A stretch of DNA of 64,000 nucleotides from assembly GCA_964620965.1 (NCBI GenBank), contig CAZUHV010000001.1, positions 149,839 through 213,838 on the forward strand, given 5' to 3'. Positions 8,691-17,109 of this stretch are shown here, piece by piece. The notes below the pieces were generated by a model that was not told where the DNA came from, searched no databases, and saw nothing but the letters and a program-made list of their open reading frames with translations. How positions within the stretch are numbered: the first letter of the stretch is position 1; the number at the start of each line of letters is the position of its first letter. The translations under genes and the position numbers were made by a program. This DNA is from an uncultured Pseudomonadales bacterium (GTDB lineage: Bacteria > Patescibacteriota > Microgenomatia > UBA1400 > PJMF01).

Positions 8691-9248
8691 TCAGAGTTCA
8701 AAATCCAACTTTTTCGCTAATTGTCTTGCTGCATCTTCAGGCTTATATGAATCATAAAGAAAAGTTTTCCAATCAACTACCCCAACCCAATGCTGTGTCA
8801 TTTCTGAATACGTATCTTTTCCTGCCAAAAGTTCATCTTGGGACAACCACTTTATATCCACTATTTCAGCACTACTTGGAGATATTGTTTCACCATTCCA
8901 GTCAACAAGAAAAAACCTTACAAACTCTGTTTGAGTTGCATATGAAAAGATTTTATGAGCGGCTTCACTAAAATTTCTACAATTAACTCCTAATTCATCC
9001 CTTACACCCTTGTAAACAGCATCTTCATATGTTTCTCCAGATAAAACGTGTTCTCCCATAAAACACCACTTACCAGAGTCAAACTTAACTTCGAATGACC
9101 GCTGAGAAATCAATATTTTTTTATTTTGTCTGTCTACTAAAGTAAAATGTACAACCCTATGAATTAAATCCGGATTAGCATGACACTCAACTGCTGTCCT
9201 TTTCCCAACCACTTCATCTTGTTCATTTACAATGTCGAAATACTTCAT
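8691..9248 (-). CDS. Nudix hydrolase (IDI type 1/YfcD-like)
   Basis: DIVNEQDEVVG...CH...HR, and GEHVLSGETYEDAVYKGVRDELG (variant Nudix box); likely start MKYF at 9248. Confidence 0.8.
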   Translation of the reverse strand: MKYFDIVNEQDEVVGKRTAVECHANPDLIHRVVHFTLVDRQNKKILISQRSFEVKFDSGKWCFMGEHVLSGETYEDAVYKGVRDELGVNCRNFSEAAHKIFSYATQTEFVRFFLVDWNGETISPSSAEIVDIKWLSQDELLAGKDTYSEMTQHWVGVVDWKTFLYDSYKPEDAARQLAKKLDFEL

Positions 9249-9249
9249 T

Positions 9250-9750
9250 TTATTTAACCCTATACATCTCATTCATTACAAAATGAAACGCATCTCCAAA
9301 TTTTTCTGGATTTTCTTTCAATTCATTCAAGAGATGTTCTTTAGTAAAAGATTCATAAGAATCTGATTCATGATTCAAAACAGGAACCCTATCTGAATAG
9401 ATTTCAAATAAGATAAAATAATGATTCTCTTTTCTACCAATCACTTCTCTATTATATATTTTTCTTCCAACTAACTTGAATTCAAACTCACTGATTCCAA
9501 TTTCTTCTTGAGCCTCTCTTCTTAATGCGGCTTCTTCCGTCTCTCCTGCCTGCACATGTCCGCCTACAGGAGATACAAATTGACCTGCGTCTTGCCTATC
9601 GCTTGCTTGTTTAACTAAGATCCAGTTACCTTGTGAATCTATCAATTCTGCAATTACTGTTCTATGAAGTAATCCGACTTTATGACATTCTTCTTTTGAA
9701 GCTTGCCCCACTACTTCATCTTGTTCATTTACAATGTCAACAATTTCCAT
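9250..9750 (-). CDS. Nudix hydrolase (IDI type 1/YfcD-like)
   Basis: Canonical Nudix box GGHVQAGETEEAALRREAQEEIG; likely start MEIV at 9750. Confidence 0.88.
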   Translation of the reverse strand: MEIVDIVNEQDEVVGQASKEECHKVGLLHRTVIAELIDSQGNWILVKQASDRQDAGQFVSPVGGHVQAGETEEAALRREAQEEIGISEFEFKLVGRKIYNREVIGRKENHYFILFEIYSDRVPVLNHESDSYESFTKEHLLNELKENPEKFGDAFHFVMNEMYRVK

Positions 9751-9843
9751 ATATTCTTTATTTTTTGCGAGATTTTGCAACAAAAACAGCTGTACTCATT
9801 GTAGAAGAAAAAGAATTACTCTACAAGAGAATAATTGAGAAAA

Positions 9844-10482
9844 TTAGGCATGAATTATTCCAAGACAAATTGCGTTTGCATTCGTATATGGAAAACCATA
9901 TTTCGCGTTTCTTACTTTAGAATATCGAACTTGTTTCCAAAAATTAAAATAAGATGTTCTTTTGAAAAAATAAGTTTCATCAAACTTAAAAAATCCAGCT
10001 TTTAAAAACAATTCCATATGAGGGTTATACCCAAATGGGAATGTCACAACAATTTTTCCTCCAGGTTTTAGTTGCTTTTTTAAAACCCTGAGCGCTTGAA
10101 TTACCTTAAGAGCGTTTTGTATTGGTTCATCCCATCCAACATGTTCTAAAGTTGAAATACTTATAATAAGATCAAATTCTTTGGCAAAGTTTAACTCTGT
10201 AACATCCTGATTTAATACTCCAGGTGCTTTTTCATATTTGTCTACAATAGTGTGTGACACAGGAAAGTAATGTGACAAAACATTTCCAATTTCTAAAATA
10301 TTTTTTTCCTGAGCTTTTTCTAAGTATTTTTTTGCCAATGAAACCTCAATAGCTCTCTCGTTCCTCCAGGTACCATTGTATCTGTGTGCAGTTAGTCGTA
10401 AAAAATCGCCATTAAAAAAAACTCTTTTGAAAAAGAAAAGAATATTTACCAAATAAAAATTTGTAAGAATTCTCTGAAACAT
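9844..10482 (-). CDS. class I SAM-dependent methyltransferase-like protein
   Basis: ILEIG motif I, FDLIISISTLEHVG, LKPGG. Confidence 0.8.
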   Translation of the reverse strand: MFQRILTNFYLVNILFFFKRVFFNGDFLRLTAHRYNGTWRNERAIEVSLAKKYLEKAQEKNILEIGNVLSHYFPVSHTIVDKYEKAPGVLNQDVTELNFAKEFDLIISISTLEHVGWDEPIQNALKVIQALRVLKKQLKPGGKIVVTFPFGYNPHMELFLKAGFFKFDETYFFKRTSYFNFWKQVRYSKVRNAKYGFPYTNANAICLGIIHA

Positions 10483-10506
10483 ACTGCGAGTATATCAAAG
10501 TTTACA

Positions 10507-10535
10507 AAAAAAGGCCCCAGTATTGAGGCCTTTTA
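10507..10535 (-). terminator. intrinsic terminator after the RRM gene
   Basis: AAAAGGCC-N-GGCCTTTT hairpin with U tract. Confidence 0.7.
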
Positions 10536-10567
10536 GTTTTAATTTCTTAAATTATTGGTTGGATAAA

Positions 10568-10936
10568 TTAAAATCTATCTCCACCACGTCTGTTGTCACG
10601 GTTGTAACCACCACGGTTTCCACCACGACCACCACCTCTGTTAAAACCACCACGATCTTCTCTTGGTGCTTTTGGACGTGAAACATTAACAATTAAAGCT
10701 CTTCCTTCAAGTTCGTATCCGTTTACTGCATCGATTGCAGCTTGAGCTTGTTCTTCTGTTTCGAAGGTAACAAAGGCAATACCCTTTGATCTGCCAGACA
10801 TACGGTCTTTAATTAATATAGCATCAACTATAGTTCCATATTCTGCAAAAATACTTTTTACTTGTTCTTCCGTGGTACTCCATGGAAGGTTGCCAACGTA
10901 TAATTTTTTTGGGTTGGCTTGTGGTGCATCTTGCAT
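10568..10936 (-). CDS. RRM RNA-binding protein with Gly/Arg-rich tail
   Basis: RNP2 LYVGNL and RNP1-like KGIAFVTF; AGGAGG SD before the ATG at 10936. Confidence 0.95.
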   Translation of the reverse strand: MQDAPQANPKKLYVGNLPWSTTEEQVKSIFAEYGTIVDAILIKDRMSGRSKGIAFVTFETEEQAQAAIDAVNGYELEGRALIVNVSRPKAPREDRGGFNRGGGRGGNRGGYNRDNRRGGDRF

Positions 10937-11137
10937 GCGCCTCCTCATCATGTTCGTCAAAGTGACGAACCAACTGCGCTCAGAAAATATAACTGAGCTT
11001 TACTACTCAGTTTAGAACAAAAGGAAATCAATTGGAAAATAAGTGGGACTTAAGTCCTCGAAATCTACTGTTCAAAACTTTCAACATTATAACAGTAAAT
11101 CATCAATTTTGATAGTTAGAAAAAAAGTAAGTGATAC

Positions 11138-12919
11138 TTACCAGCTTCCGCCGCCTCCGCCACCACCTCCGCCGCCAGAGAAACCTCCACCAGAACTTGA
11201 AGAACTTGGGTTGTACGCTAAACTATTTGCAACATCTTTGTTAAAACCGCTTATAAAATCGGCCATCATAAATGTAGACATATTACTCCCAGCAATATAG
11301 CTTGGTGGCTGAATGTGTAACTCTTCCATATCTTTAGCAAGTTGCTTTACGACACCCAATGAAACGGCAAACGGCAACATTTTTTCGATAAATAAATGCT
11401 TTTCATTAATTTTTTCTCTCCATGCACCTCTTTTTATGGTTGCACGTAACCCTCTAGATTGGAGCCAAAGATTGGTCCCAACGGCTGTTTTTTGGGAAAG
11501 GTTTTTAGCAAAAAGTAATCCAATTGCTCCTTGAATAAGTAAAGGAATAATTGGCCAAGAGATCCCTAATTCACCAAAAGTAGCTCTGTATATGCCAAAC
11601 AGTAATCCAGTACTGACAAAAACAAACAAGATACCCATTCCAACTTTATTTGTTGGCTTTCCCGTATACACATGTTTATCTACTAGCGCTTGTTCCATTT
11701 TTATTTTGATGTCTGGAATTGATTGATAAAACTTACCTTTTAACTGTGAAAGTGTAATTACATCTCCATACTTAAAAAGTGCATTCAAAATTGTCTGTTG
11801 AGTATCTGTAATTGGTTCTGTTCCTGCTTCCAACTTTTTAAACTCATACTCTTTAGAAGTAATAAATAATACTTTTTGTTCTGTCGTTGTAATTGAGAGA
11901 TATTTTTTTCTTGCTAACTCTAAAATCTCAGCAACAATATCTTGAATATCAATACGCTCGTCAATCAATGCCCCAGACTCTCCTGGAGTCAACCCAACAA
12001 GTGGTTCATATACCATCGGCTCACGTGCTTGAAAAAAAGAAGTTCTATATTTTGTCGGTTTTTGAGGATCCAAATCAAAGACATCCTGTGAAATAAACTC
12101 TATGTCGCGACCTTTTTTATACCACCATATAAATAAAATAATTGGTGGAATTGGAAATAAAATGAGCGGCCAATGTACTTGAAGCCATAATCTAGTTAAG
12201 TCAGACTGTGTAGGAAAAATTAATTGGCTTTCTTTTGGGAAGTCTAACTGAACAGTCATGTTATCGCCATAGTAAATCTGGTTTGCATACTCAAAGGTAA
12301 CCTGATTCTCCCCTTGTTCATACTCACACAAGCCATCTGTTCCACCGACTGGTCCAGAAAAGCAAGCAACACCTGTAATTGGAGCAAACCAAGAAATAAC
12401 TGTTGCTGAACTATTTCTGATAGGAATTTGCCAACCTTCACCTGTTATATCCCAAAGTAATTGAGCAGAATTTTCAAGCTGGTCAACTCCACGTTCAACC
12501 GTATAGGTAATAACATATATTTTTTCACCAGAAAAAGTTACATCTGGGTCTCCAATTTTTAAATTCAGAAACCTGCCATCTGAGCTTCTTGTAAATGGAA
12601 TAGCAAATCCTTTGTCGTCTGTTACAGAAATATTAGAGATTGGCAAAACTACTTTTTCGCCATTTTTGTTGTAACTAATTGGAATGTATCTATATATTCC
12701 GTGTTTACTCACAGTAGTGTTGTAATCTATCTGTTCTGTGATCGTAAGCGAAGTGTCTTGGTTAATTTCGATACGTGAGTAAAATGAGCTAATCGATTCT
12801 GACGCAAAAGCTTTATTTGTTGATGAAAATAAATATATTGATAAGAAAACTAGCAGAAAAAATGAAGTATAAAGTGCTCTATTAAAAATTTTGAACATAC
12901 TATATATAGTATGAACCAA
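11138..12919 (-). CDS. DUF2207 membrane protein
   Basis: HGIYRYIP, LLWDITGEGW, LPFAVSLG, C-terminal GGGFSGGGGGGGGGGSW. Confidence 0.9.
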   Translation of the reverse strand: MVHTIYSMFKIFNRALYTSFFLLVFLSIYLFSSTNKAFASESISSFYSRIEINQDTSLTITEQIDYNTTVSKHGIYRYIPISYNKNGEKVVLPISNISVTDDKGFAIPFTRSSDGRFLNLKIGDPDVTFSGEKIYVITYTVERGVDQLENSAQLLWDITGEGWQIPIRNSSATVISWFAPITGVACFSGPVGGTDGLCEYEQGENQVTFEYANQIYYGDNMTVQLDFPKESQLIFPTQSDLTRLWLQVHWPLILFPIPPIILFIWWYKKGRDIEFISQDVFDLDPQKPTKYRTSFFQAREPMVYEPLVGLTPGESGALIDERIDIQDIVAEILELARKKYLSITTTEQKVLFITSKEYEFKKLEAGTEPITDTQQTILNALFKYGDVITLSQLKGKFYQSIPDIKIKMEQALVDKHVYTGKPTNKVGMGILFVFVSTGLLFGIYRATFGELGISWPIIPLLIQGAIGLLFAKNLSQKTAVGTNLWLQSRGLRATIKRGAWREKINEKHLFIEKMLPFAVSLGVVKQLAKDMEELHIQPPSYIAGSNMSTFMMADFISGFNKDVANSLAYNPSSSSSGGGFSGGGGGGGGGGSW

Positions 12920-12925
12920 CTTATC

Positions 12926-13909
12926 CTATTTGGAAAGTTTAGCAATAGAAACAAGAGTCTTTCTATTTATGTTTTGTGACTTGTTAATCCGTGCCACTTT
13001 CGCTTCTCTTTTAATTTCTGAATCAACTGCAATAAGAGAATCCTGTGGATAAACTACAACAGAAAAATCTTCTCTTAAGGGTTCATGCACTAAAATTCTT
13101 CGAGGAATATACAAACCTAACTTCAAAGAAATCAACTCTAACAAAAATCTTGAATAAAATAAAGCTGGCTCTGTTTGCAATATCTCAACACCCTTTATTG
13201 TGTGTAAAGTTGCGGCATGCTGACTAGAAGTCGGAAGCTTAAACTTACTTGTCCAGTATGGCAGAAAATTAGAAATCACTCCAAAATCTAAAACTTGCTC
13301 TGAAGTACCATTACGCTTAACTTCTACTGAATTTAACATGTGCATTCTGAAAAATTTTTGCAACGTGCTTTTATATCTTCTCTCAAAATCACTTTTTCCC
13401 ATTTTTCTCAATTGCTCAATTTCTGCTAAAACTCCTGCAGAAAAACCTGCATGTACACTCCACAAAAAAGGAAGCGTTTCCTTGTTTGAGGTATCCCGGC
13501 CAAATTGCACCTCAAAAATTTGTGGTAATTCTAAATCTATTGATGGATCACCTGCTAAAACTCGTTCAACAGAAACAACAGAGCTTCCAAAAGTACCACT
13601 ATTTTTTGCTAAAACATTTTCACCCCCAAGTCCAAGTGGGACAACAGTAATGTGGTGGTCTAACTTTGCTTGGAGCAAAAATTGAATCAAACTAAAAGAA
13701 CTGCCATCTCCTCCTAAAACAAATAAGTGTGTTAAAGAGTTTAGAAGCTCTCTTTTTTCTTTTTCAGGAAGCGTAAAAAATATACCAATATCCATTGAGG
13801 TAAGACCATGTTTTAAATAAATTTCTTTTGAGAGCTTTACTGCATCACCATTCCCAGATCTTTGATTAACGATAAGTAATGATTCTGACTGTAAACTTTT
13901 TGATTTCAT
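12926..13909 (-). CDS. diacylglycerol/lipid kinase family protein (divergent)
   Basis: IVNQRSG, LGGDGS and PLGLGGENVLA match DAGK catalytic motifs. Confidence 0.75.
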   Translation of the reverse strand: MKSKSLQSESLLIVNQRSGNGDAVKLSKEIYLKHGLTSMDIGIFFTLPEKEKRELLNSLTHLFVLGGDGSSFSLIQFLLQAKLDHHITVVPLGLGGENVLAKNSGTFGSSVVSVERVLAGDPSIDLELPQIFEVQFGRDTSNKETLPFLWSVHAGFSAGVLAEIEQLRKMGKSDFERRYKSTLQKFFRMHMLNSVEVKRNGTSEQVLDFGVISNFLPYWTSKFKLPTSSQHAATLHTIKGVEILQTEPALFYSRFLLELISLKLGLYIPRRILVHEPLREDFSVVVYPQDSLIAVDSEIKREAKVARINKSQNINRKTLVSIAKLSK

Positions 13910-13952
13910 GCTCTATATAGAATTTTATAAATAAATACGTAATAAAAAGTGA

Positions 13953-13994
13953 GAGTTTGCCCGCCAGAATATTTCATCTGGCGGGTCTAAACTC
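13953..13994 (-). terminator. intrinsic terminator after the lipoprotein gene
   Basis: GCCCGCCAGA-N8-TCTGGCGGGT stem with outer GAGTTT/AAACTC pairing. Confidence 0.6.
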
Positions 13995-14026
13995 GTTGTA
14001 TATTCAATTTTTTACCCCTTTTGTCC

Positions 14027-14362
14027 CTATTGCTCCGGTGGAGACACCGGGATAGGGGTGACGGGTGCGTTGGGGTGAACCGTCGGCCCCAGAGTCGGGG
14101 GGGTCGGGGTGCTTGTGGGGGTTGGGGCAATCGAATCCGGCGTCCGCACCGCTTCAGCGGTCGGAGCCATCGGATAATCTGACGGGGGGACAGGCGTTTG
14201 TTCAGGCTGAACAGTTTCATGCCCAACCGAAGTCGCCGTTTCCGGCGTAGGCGTTACAGTGGGATTACCACCGCCTCCGCCACCACAAGCGACCAAAACC
14301 AAACCAACAATCAATAAGATAAGTAATGCCTTTGTCATTTTCGACATCTGAATCACCTTCAT
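14027..14362 (-). CDS. GC-rich Pro/Thr-rich putative lipoprotein (start may be 14347)
   Basis: Signal peptide with lipobox LVAC, then G6 and a PT-rich disordered chain; GAAGGTGA SD before the ATG at 14347. Confidence 0.7.
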   Translation of the reverse strand: MKVIQMSKMTKALLILLIVGLVLVACGGGGGGNPTVTPTPETATSVGHETVQPEQTPVPPSDYPMAPTAEAVRTPDSIAPTPTSTPTPPTLGPTVHPNAPVTPIPVSPPEQ

Positions 14363-14644
14363 GGCTCCCCAAAATCAAAAAAATTTTGAGGAAATAAGTG
14401 GGAAAGAATCTTCCTAAAACACCTCAACCATCAAATTTTGTCGAGGTGCAATCAGTATGAGAAACAGAAAGTAACAGTGGTTAAAAACCACAAAAAAACC
14501 AATCCATTTCCCCTATTGATTGCACCTAACATACAAAATCAAATAAGCTTCTAATTGAATACTATAAACGAGTTTTTAAAGAGCATATTCTTGAGGTATT
14601 TTCTAATGCAATATCAGATATACACACAAAGAATATAACGCCCC

Positions 14645-14673
14645 AGTATAGCATTTATAACTCATTTTGTCAA
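14645..14673 (-). promoter_or_regulatory. sigma70 promoter for the lipoprotein gene, giving a long structured leader
   Basis: TTGACA-17-TATACT, about 280 nt upstream of the start. Confidence 0.75.
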
Positions 14674-14713
14674 TATTATGGGATAAAATCAAAATATGTC
14701 GACGGCTTTACGA

Positions 14714-15553
14714 CTAAGATTTTTGATGTAACGATTTATACAACACGATTCCAGTAATACTTGTAGTTAGTACTGTTAAAGCTGCTAATAATTTAAATCT
14801 TCTTTGGGCACTGATTATAGTTTTTTCATCTGCCATGCTTTGTTTTTCTACACCATCTCTTTTTGCTCGTATAACAGTATTTGCTCTACTAGCAGTTGTT
14901 TTCAGTGTCGCAGCAGCAGTTAATCCATCAACAACCGCTTGCACTGATACCGGACCAACAGGAATACTAGGTAAAAATCTAGTAGTTGATCCAATAAAGC
15001 GACCACCTCTTGTTCCTAAAAACTCGAATGGATTTTTACCACTTTCTGGAACAATAATGCCATTTTTCTCTGCGTAGGCTCTAAATAAACTACTTAAAGG
15101 GTTTGAAAGTGCAGTCAAAGTTGCTGTAACCAACCATAACTTATCTTTTTGGTGAGCAGCTCTATATATTGCCAACCAGGCAGAAAAAGCTTCTTGAATT
15201 CTATCAAAAGATGAATCAACTTCGGGCCCAATTTCTTTTCCTGAATACTCAATACCTTTTGACTGCAGGTATCGAGCTAATGCCCCATCTAAAGCATCTG
15301 TTGCTGTTAATGCTAAAAATAAGCTGAGCAATTTTTTACCAGTTTTTGCATCAATCTTATTAGCTTCTTCTAACTTTGCGGTATACATAATTAGACCAGC
15401 TAAACCAAGACTTCCCAAAACAGTTACCTCATTGGGAGTTAAAAAGGGGAAAACTTTATGCAAAACTTCAGAAATCGCATATGTTGGTTTTGTGATTATA
15501 TCTCTATACTGAGAATTTCTCGGGTTTAATTCTGTGCGTCCATTAGGATTCAT
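14714..15553 (-). CDS. CDP-alcohol phosphatidyltransferase family
   Basis: TPNEVT and DALDGALAR...G..VDSSFDR signature. Confidence 0.85.
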   Translation of the reverse strand: MNPNGRTELNPRNSQYRDIITKPTYAISEVLHKVFPFLTPNEVTVLGSLGLAGLIMYTAKLEEANKIDAKTGKKLLSLFLALTATDALDGALARYLQSKGIEYSGKEIGPEVDSSFDRIQEAFSAWLAIYRAAHQKDKLWLVTATLTALSNPLSSLFRAYAEKNGIIVPESGKNPFEFLGTRGGRFIGSTTRFLPSIPVGPVSVQAVVDGLTAAATLKTTASRANTVIRAKRDGVEKQSMADEKTIISAQRRFKLLAALTVLTTSITGIVLYKSLHQKS

Positions 15554-15592
15554 ACGTCTCAGGATTATACCAGACTAAAAACAAAAAATACG

Positions 15593-15919
15593 TTAAACTT
15601 TAGGATTAGCTTTTCTTTTCTCAATCTTGTTCAAAGAATATGTCAAAATTTCGTCTAAATCTATCTTCTTTACTCGAGCAAACCTAATAATGGTAAGTAA
15701 TAAATCGCCTAGTTCTTGTCTATATGTTTCGTCATTTTGCGCTGCTAAATTTGTTGCTTTACGACCATGCTCTGCTAAATATGCACGAGCCATTTCTCCA
15801 ACTTCTTCAACTAAACGCAAGATCATAATAGAGCCAAACTCTTTTGTATAACGCTTTTTACCGTCAACACGATCTAATGCTTTAAAATATTTGCCAAAAG
15901 GTGTTTGAAATTTTGCCAT
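15593..15919 (-). CDS. MazG-like NTP pyrophosphohydrolase
   Basis: LVEEVGEMA...ELGDLL motif. Confidence 0.88.
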   Translation of the reverse strand: MAKFQTPFGKYFKALDRVDGKKRYTKEFGSIMILRLVEEVGEMARAYLAEHGRKATNLAAQNDETYRQELGDLLLTIIRFARVKKIDLDEILTYSLNKIEKRKANPKV

Positions 15920-15987
15920 ATACTGCAGTATATAAAATATTAAAATATATGCAAGATCAAGCTTAATTTGTTGTTATACTATATTCT

Positions 15988-16503
15988 ATGAATACTACTG
16001 GAAAACTTGTCATAGTACATGACAAAATGCAAAGTAACTATAAATATATTCTAACCGAACCAATCGGCAAAAATTTTGATCCAGAATTTAGACCAGAATT
16101 AACACCTAAAGAAATGCTAGAACTTGGAGTTTTTGGTGGAAAATATATGACCGACTGCCAAGACGAGTTCCCAAAAAGCTGGTTTTTGAAAGCAAAGCTA
16201 AGTCCAGAAAAGCATGATACCTCTTTAAATTTTTTTGGAGTAGACGCGAGCCAATCGCTACACACATGGGAAAAAAATAGGTGGATTTATCCCGATGACC
16301 CAAGAGGTTGGTTTCAATGGTACTGCAGATATTATATGGGAAGAAGAATACCTGATGAAGATGAAAGGCAAATCAAACGTTGGAAGGCGATCACAAGACA
16401 TATAGCTCAAGTTAAAAAAAACTGTGTTAAAGGAGATATAAGTTGTAGACCTAAACAAAAGCAAGCTCTCTTACATTGGGCATATGACAGTCGTACCTTA
16501 TAG
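15988..16503 (+). CDS. conserved hypothetical protein
   Basis: LTPKEMLELGVFGGKY, DPRGWFQWYCRYYMGRR and QALLHWAYD: a recognisable widespread family of unknown function. Confidence 0.85.
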   Translation: MNTTGKLVIVHDKMQSNYKYILTEPIGKNFDPEFRPELTPKEMLELGVFGGKYMTDCQDEFPKSWFLKAKLSPEKHDTSLNFFGVDASQSLHTWEKNRWIYPDDPRGWFQWYCRYYMGRRIPDEDERQIKRWKAITRHIAQVKKNCVKGDISCRPKQKQALLHWAYDSRTL

Positions 16504-16521
16504 TTTTTTTCCTAAAACAGC

Positions 16522-16558
16522 AAAAAGCCCGCTTTTTTAGAGCGGGCTTGCTTTTTTT
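16522..16558. terminator. bidirectional intrinsic terminator
   Basis: AAGCCCGCT-N-AGCGGGCTT stem with A and T tracts between convergent genes. Confidence 0.8.
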
Positions 16559-16581
16559 ATTCACACTTGAAATCAGAAAAG

Positions 16582-17010
16582 TTATTCTGTTTTTTTAGTT
16601 TTAATTGCAAGTTTTTTAGGTTGAGAAGCTGCTGATTTATGGAATGTTACCGTAAGTATTCCATCTGCCAATTCAACATCTGGTTCTTTTGAGTGATCAA
16701 GCATTCCAGGAATTGCAACTTTATAAGAATAGTTCCAAGAAGATTTCGCGAAATACTTATTTTCCTTATTTTCTTCTTCTTGGGCATTCTGTGCTTGTAT
16801 CCAAAGAACCCCTTTCTCAAAAGTGATATCTATGTTGTCGGAATTAACTCCAGCAACATTTGCACGAACAACAACTTCTTGTTCTGTTTCATATAGATCA
16901 ATATTATTCCCTAAGGAACCACTGAGTAAAGAAAAGTCATCATCATCCCAAAAACTTGGCCAACGATTCAGTGAATGTAACATTGATCGAAATGGTACTA
17001 GATTAGACAT
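16582..17010 (-). CDS. small heat shock protein (Hsp20/alpha-crystallin)
   Basis: IDLYETEQEVVVRANVAGV...DGILTV; AGGGGGA SD before the ATG at 17010. Confidence 0.92.
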   Translation of the reverse strand: MSNLVPFRSMLHSLNRWPSFWDDDDFSLLSGSLGNNIDLYETEQEVVVRANVAGVNSDNIDITFEKGVLWIQAQNAQEEENKENKYFAKSSWNYSYKVAIPGMLDHSKEPDVELADGILTVTFHKSAASQPKKLAIKTKKTE

Positions 17011-17068
17011 AGTACTTCCCCCTTTCATATATTACTTTTACTATAGAAATGATGTGCACTTGTCATTT

Positions 17069-17106
17069 CTGGCAATAGAATAACATGACTGCTAAAATTT
17101 TGTCAA
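17069..17106 (-). promoter_or_regulatory. hsp20 promoter with CIRCE-like (HrcA) operator
   Basis: TTGACA-18-TATTCT (extended TG), overlapped by TTAGCAGTC-N9-TATTGCCAG; the CIRCE consensus is TTAGCACTC-N9-GAGTGCTAA. Confidence 0.55.
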
Positions 17107-17109
17107 GAA

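Noticed and set aside
11043-11300. Poly-Pro ORF on the + strand
   Set aside because: Antisense shadow of the DUF2207 Gly-rich tail.
13987-14250. Alternative-frame ORFs over the GC-rich lipoprotein gene
   Set aside because: Open only because GC-rich DNA has few stops; the lipobox frame has the signal peptide and SD.
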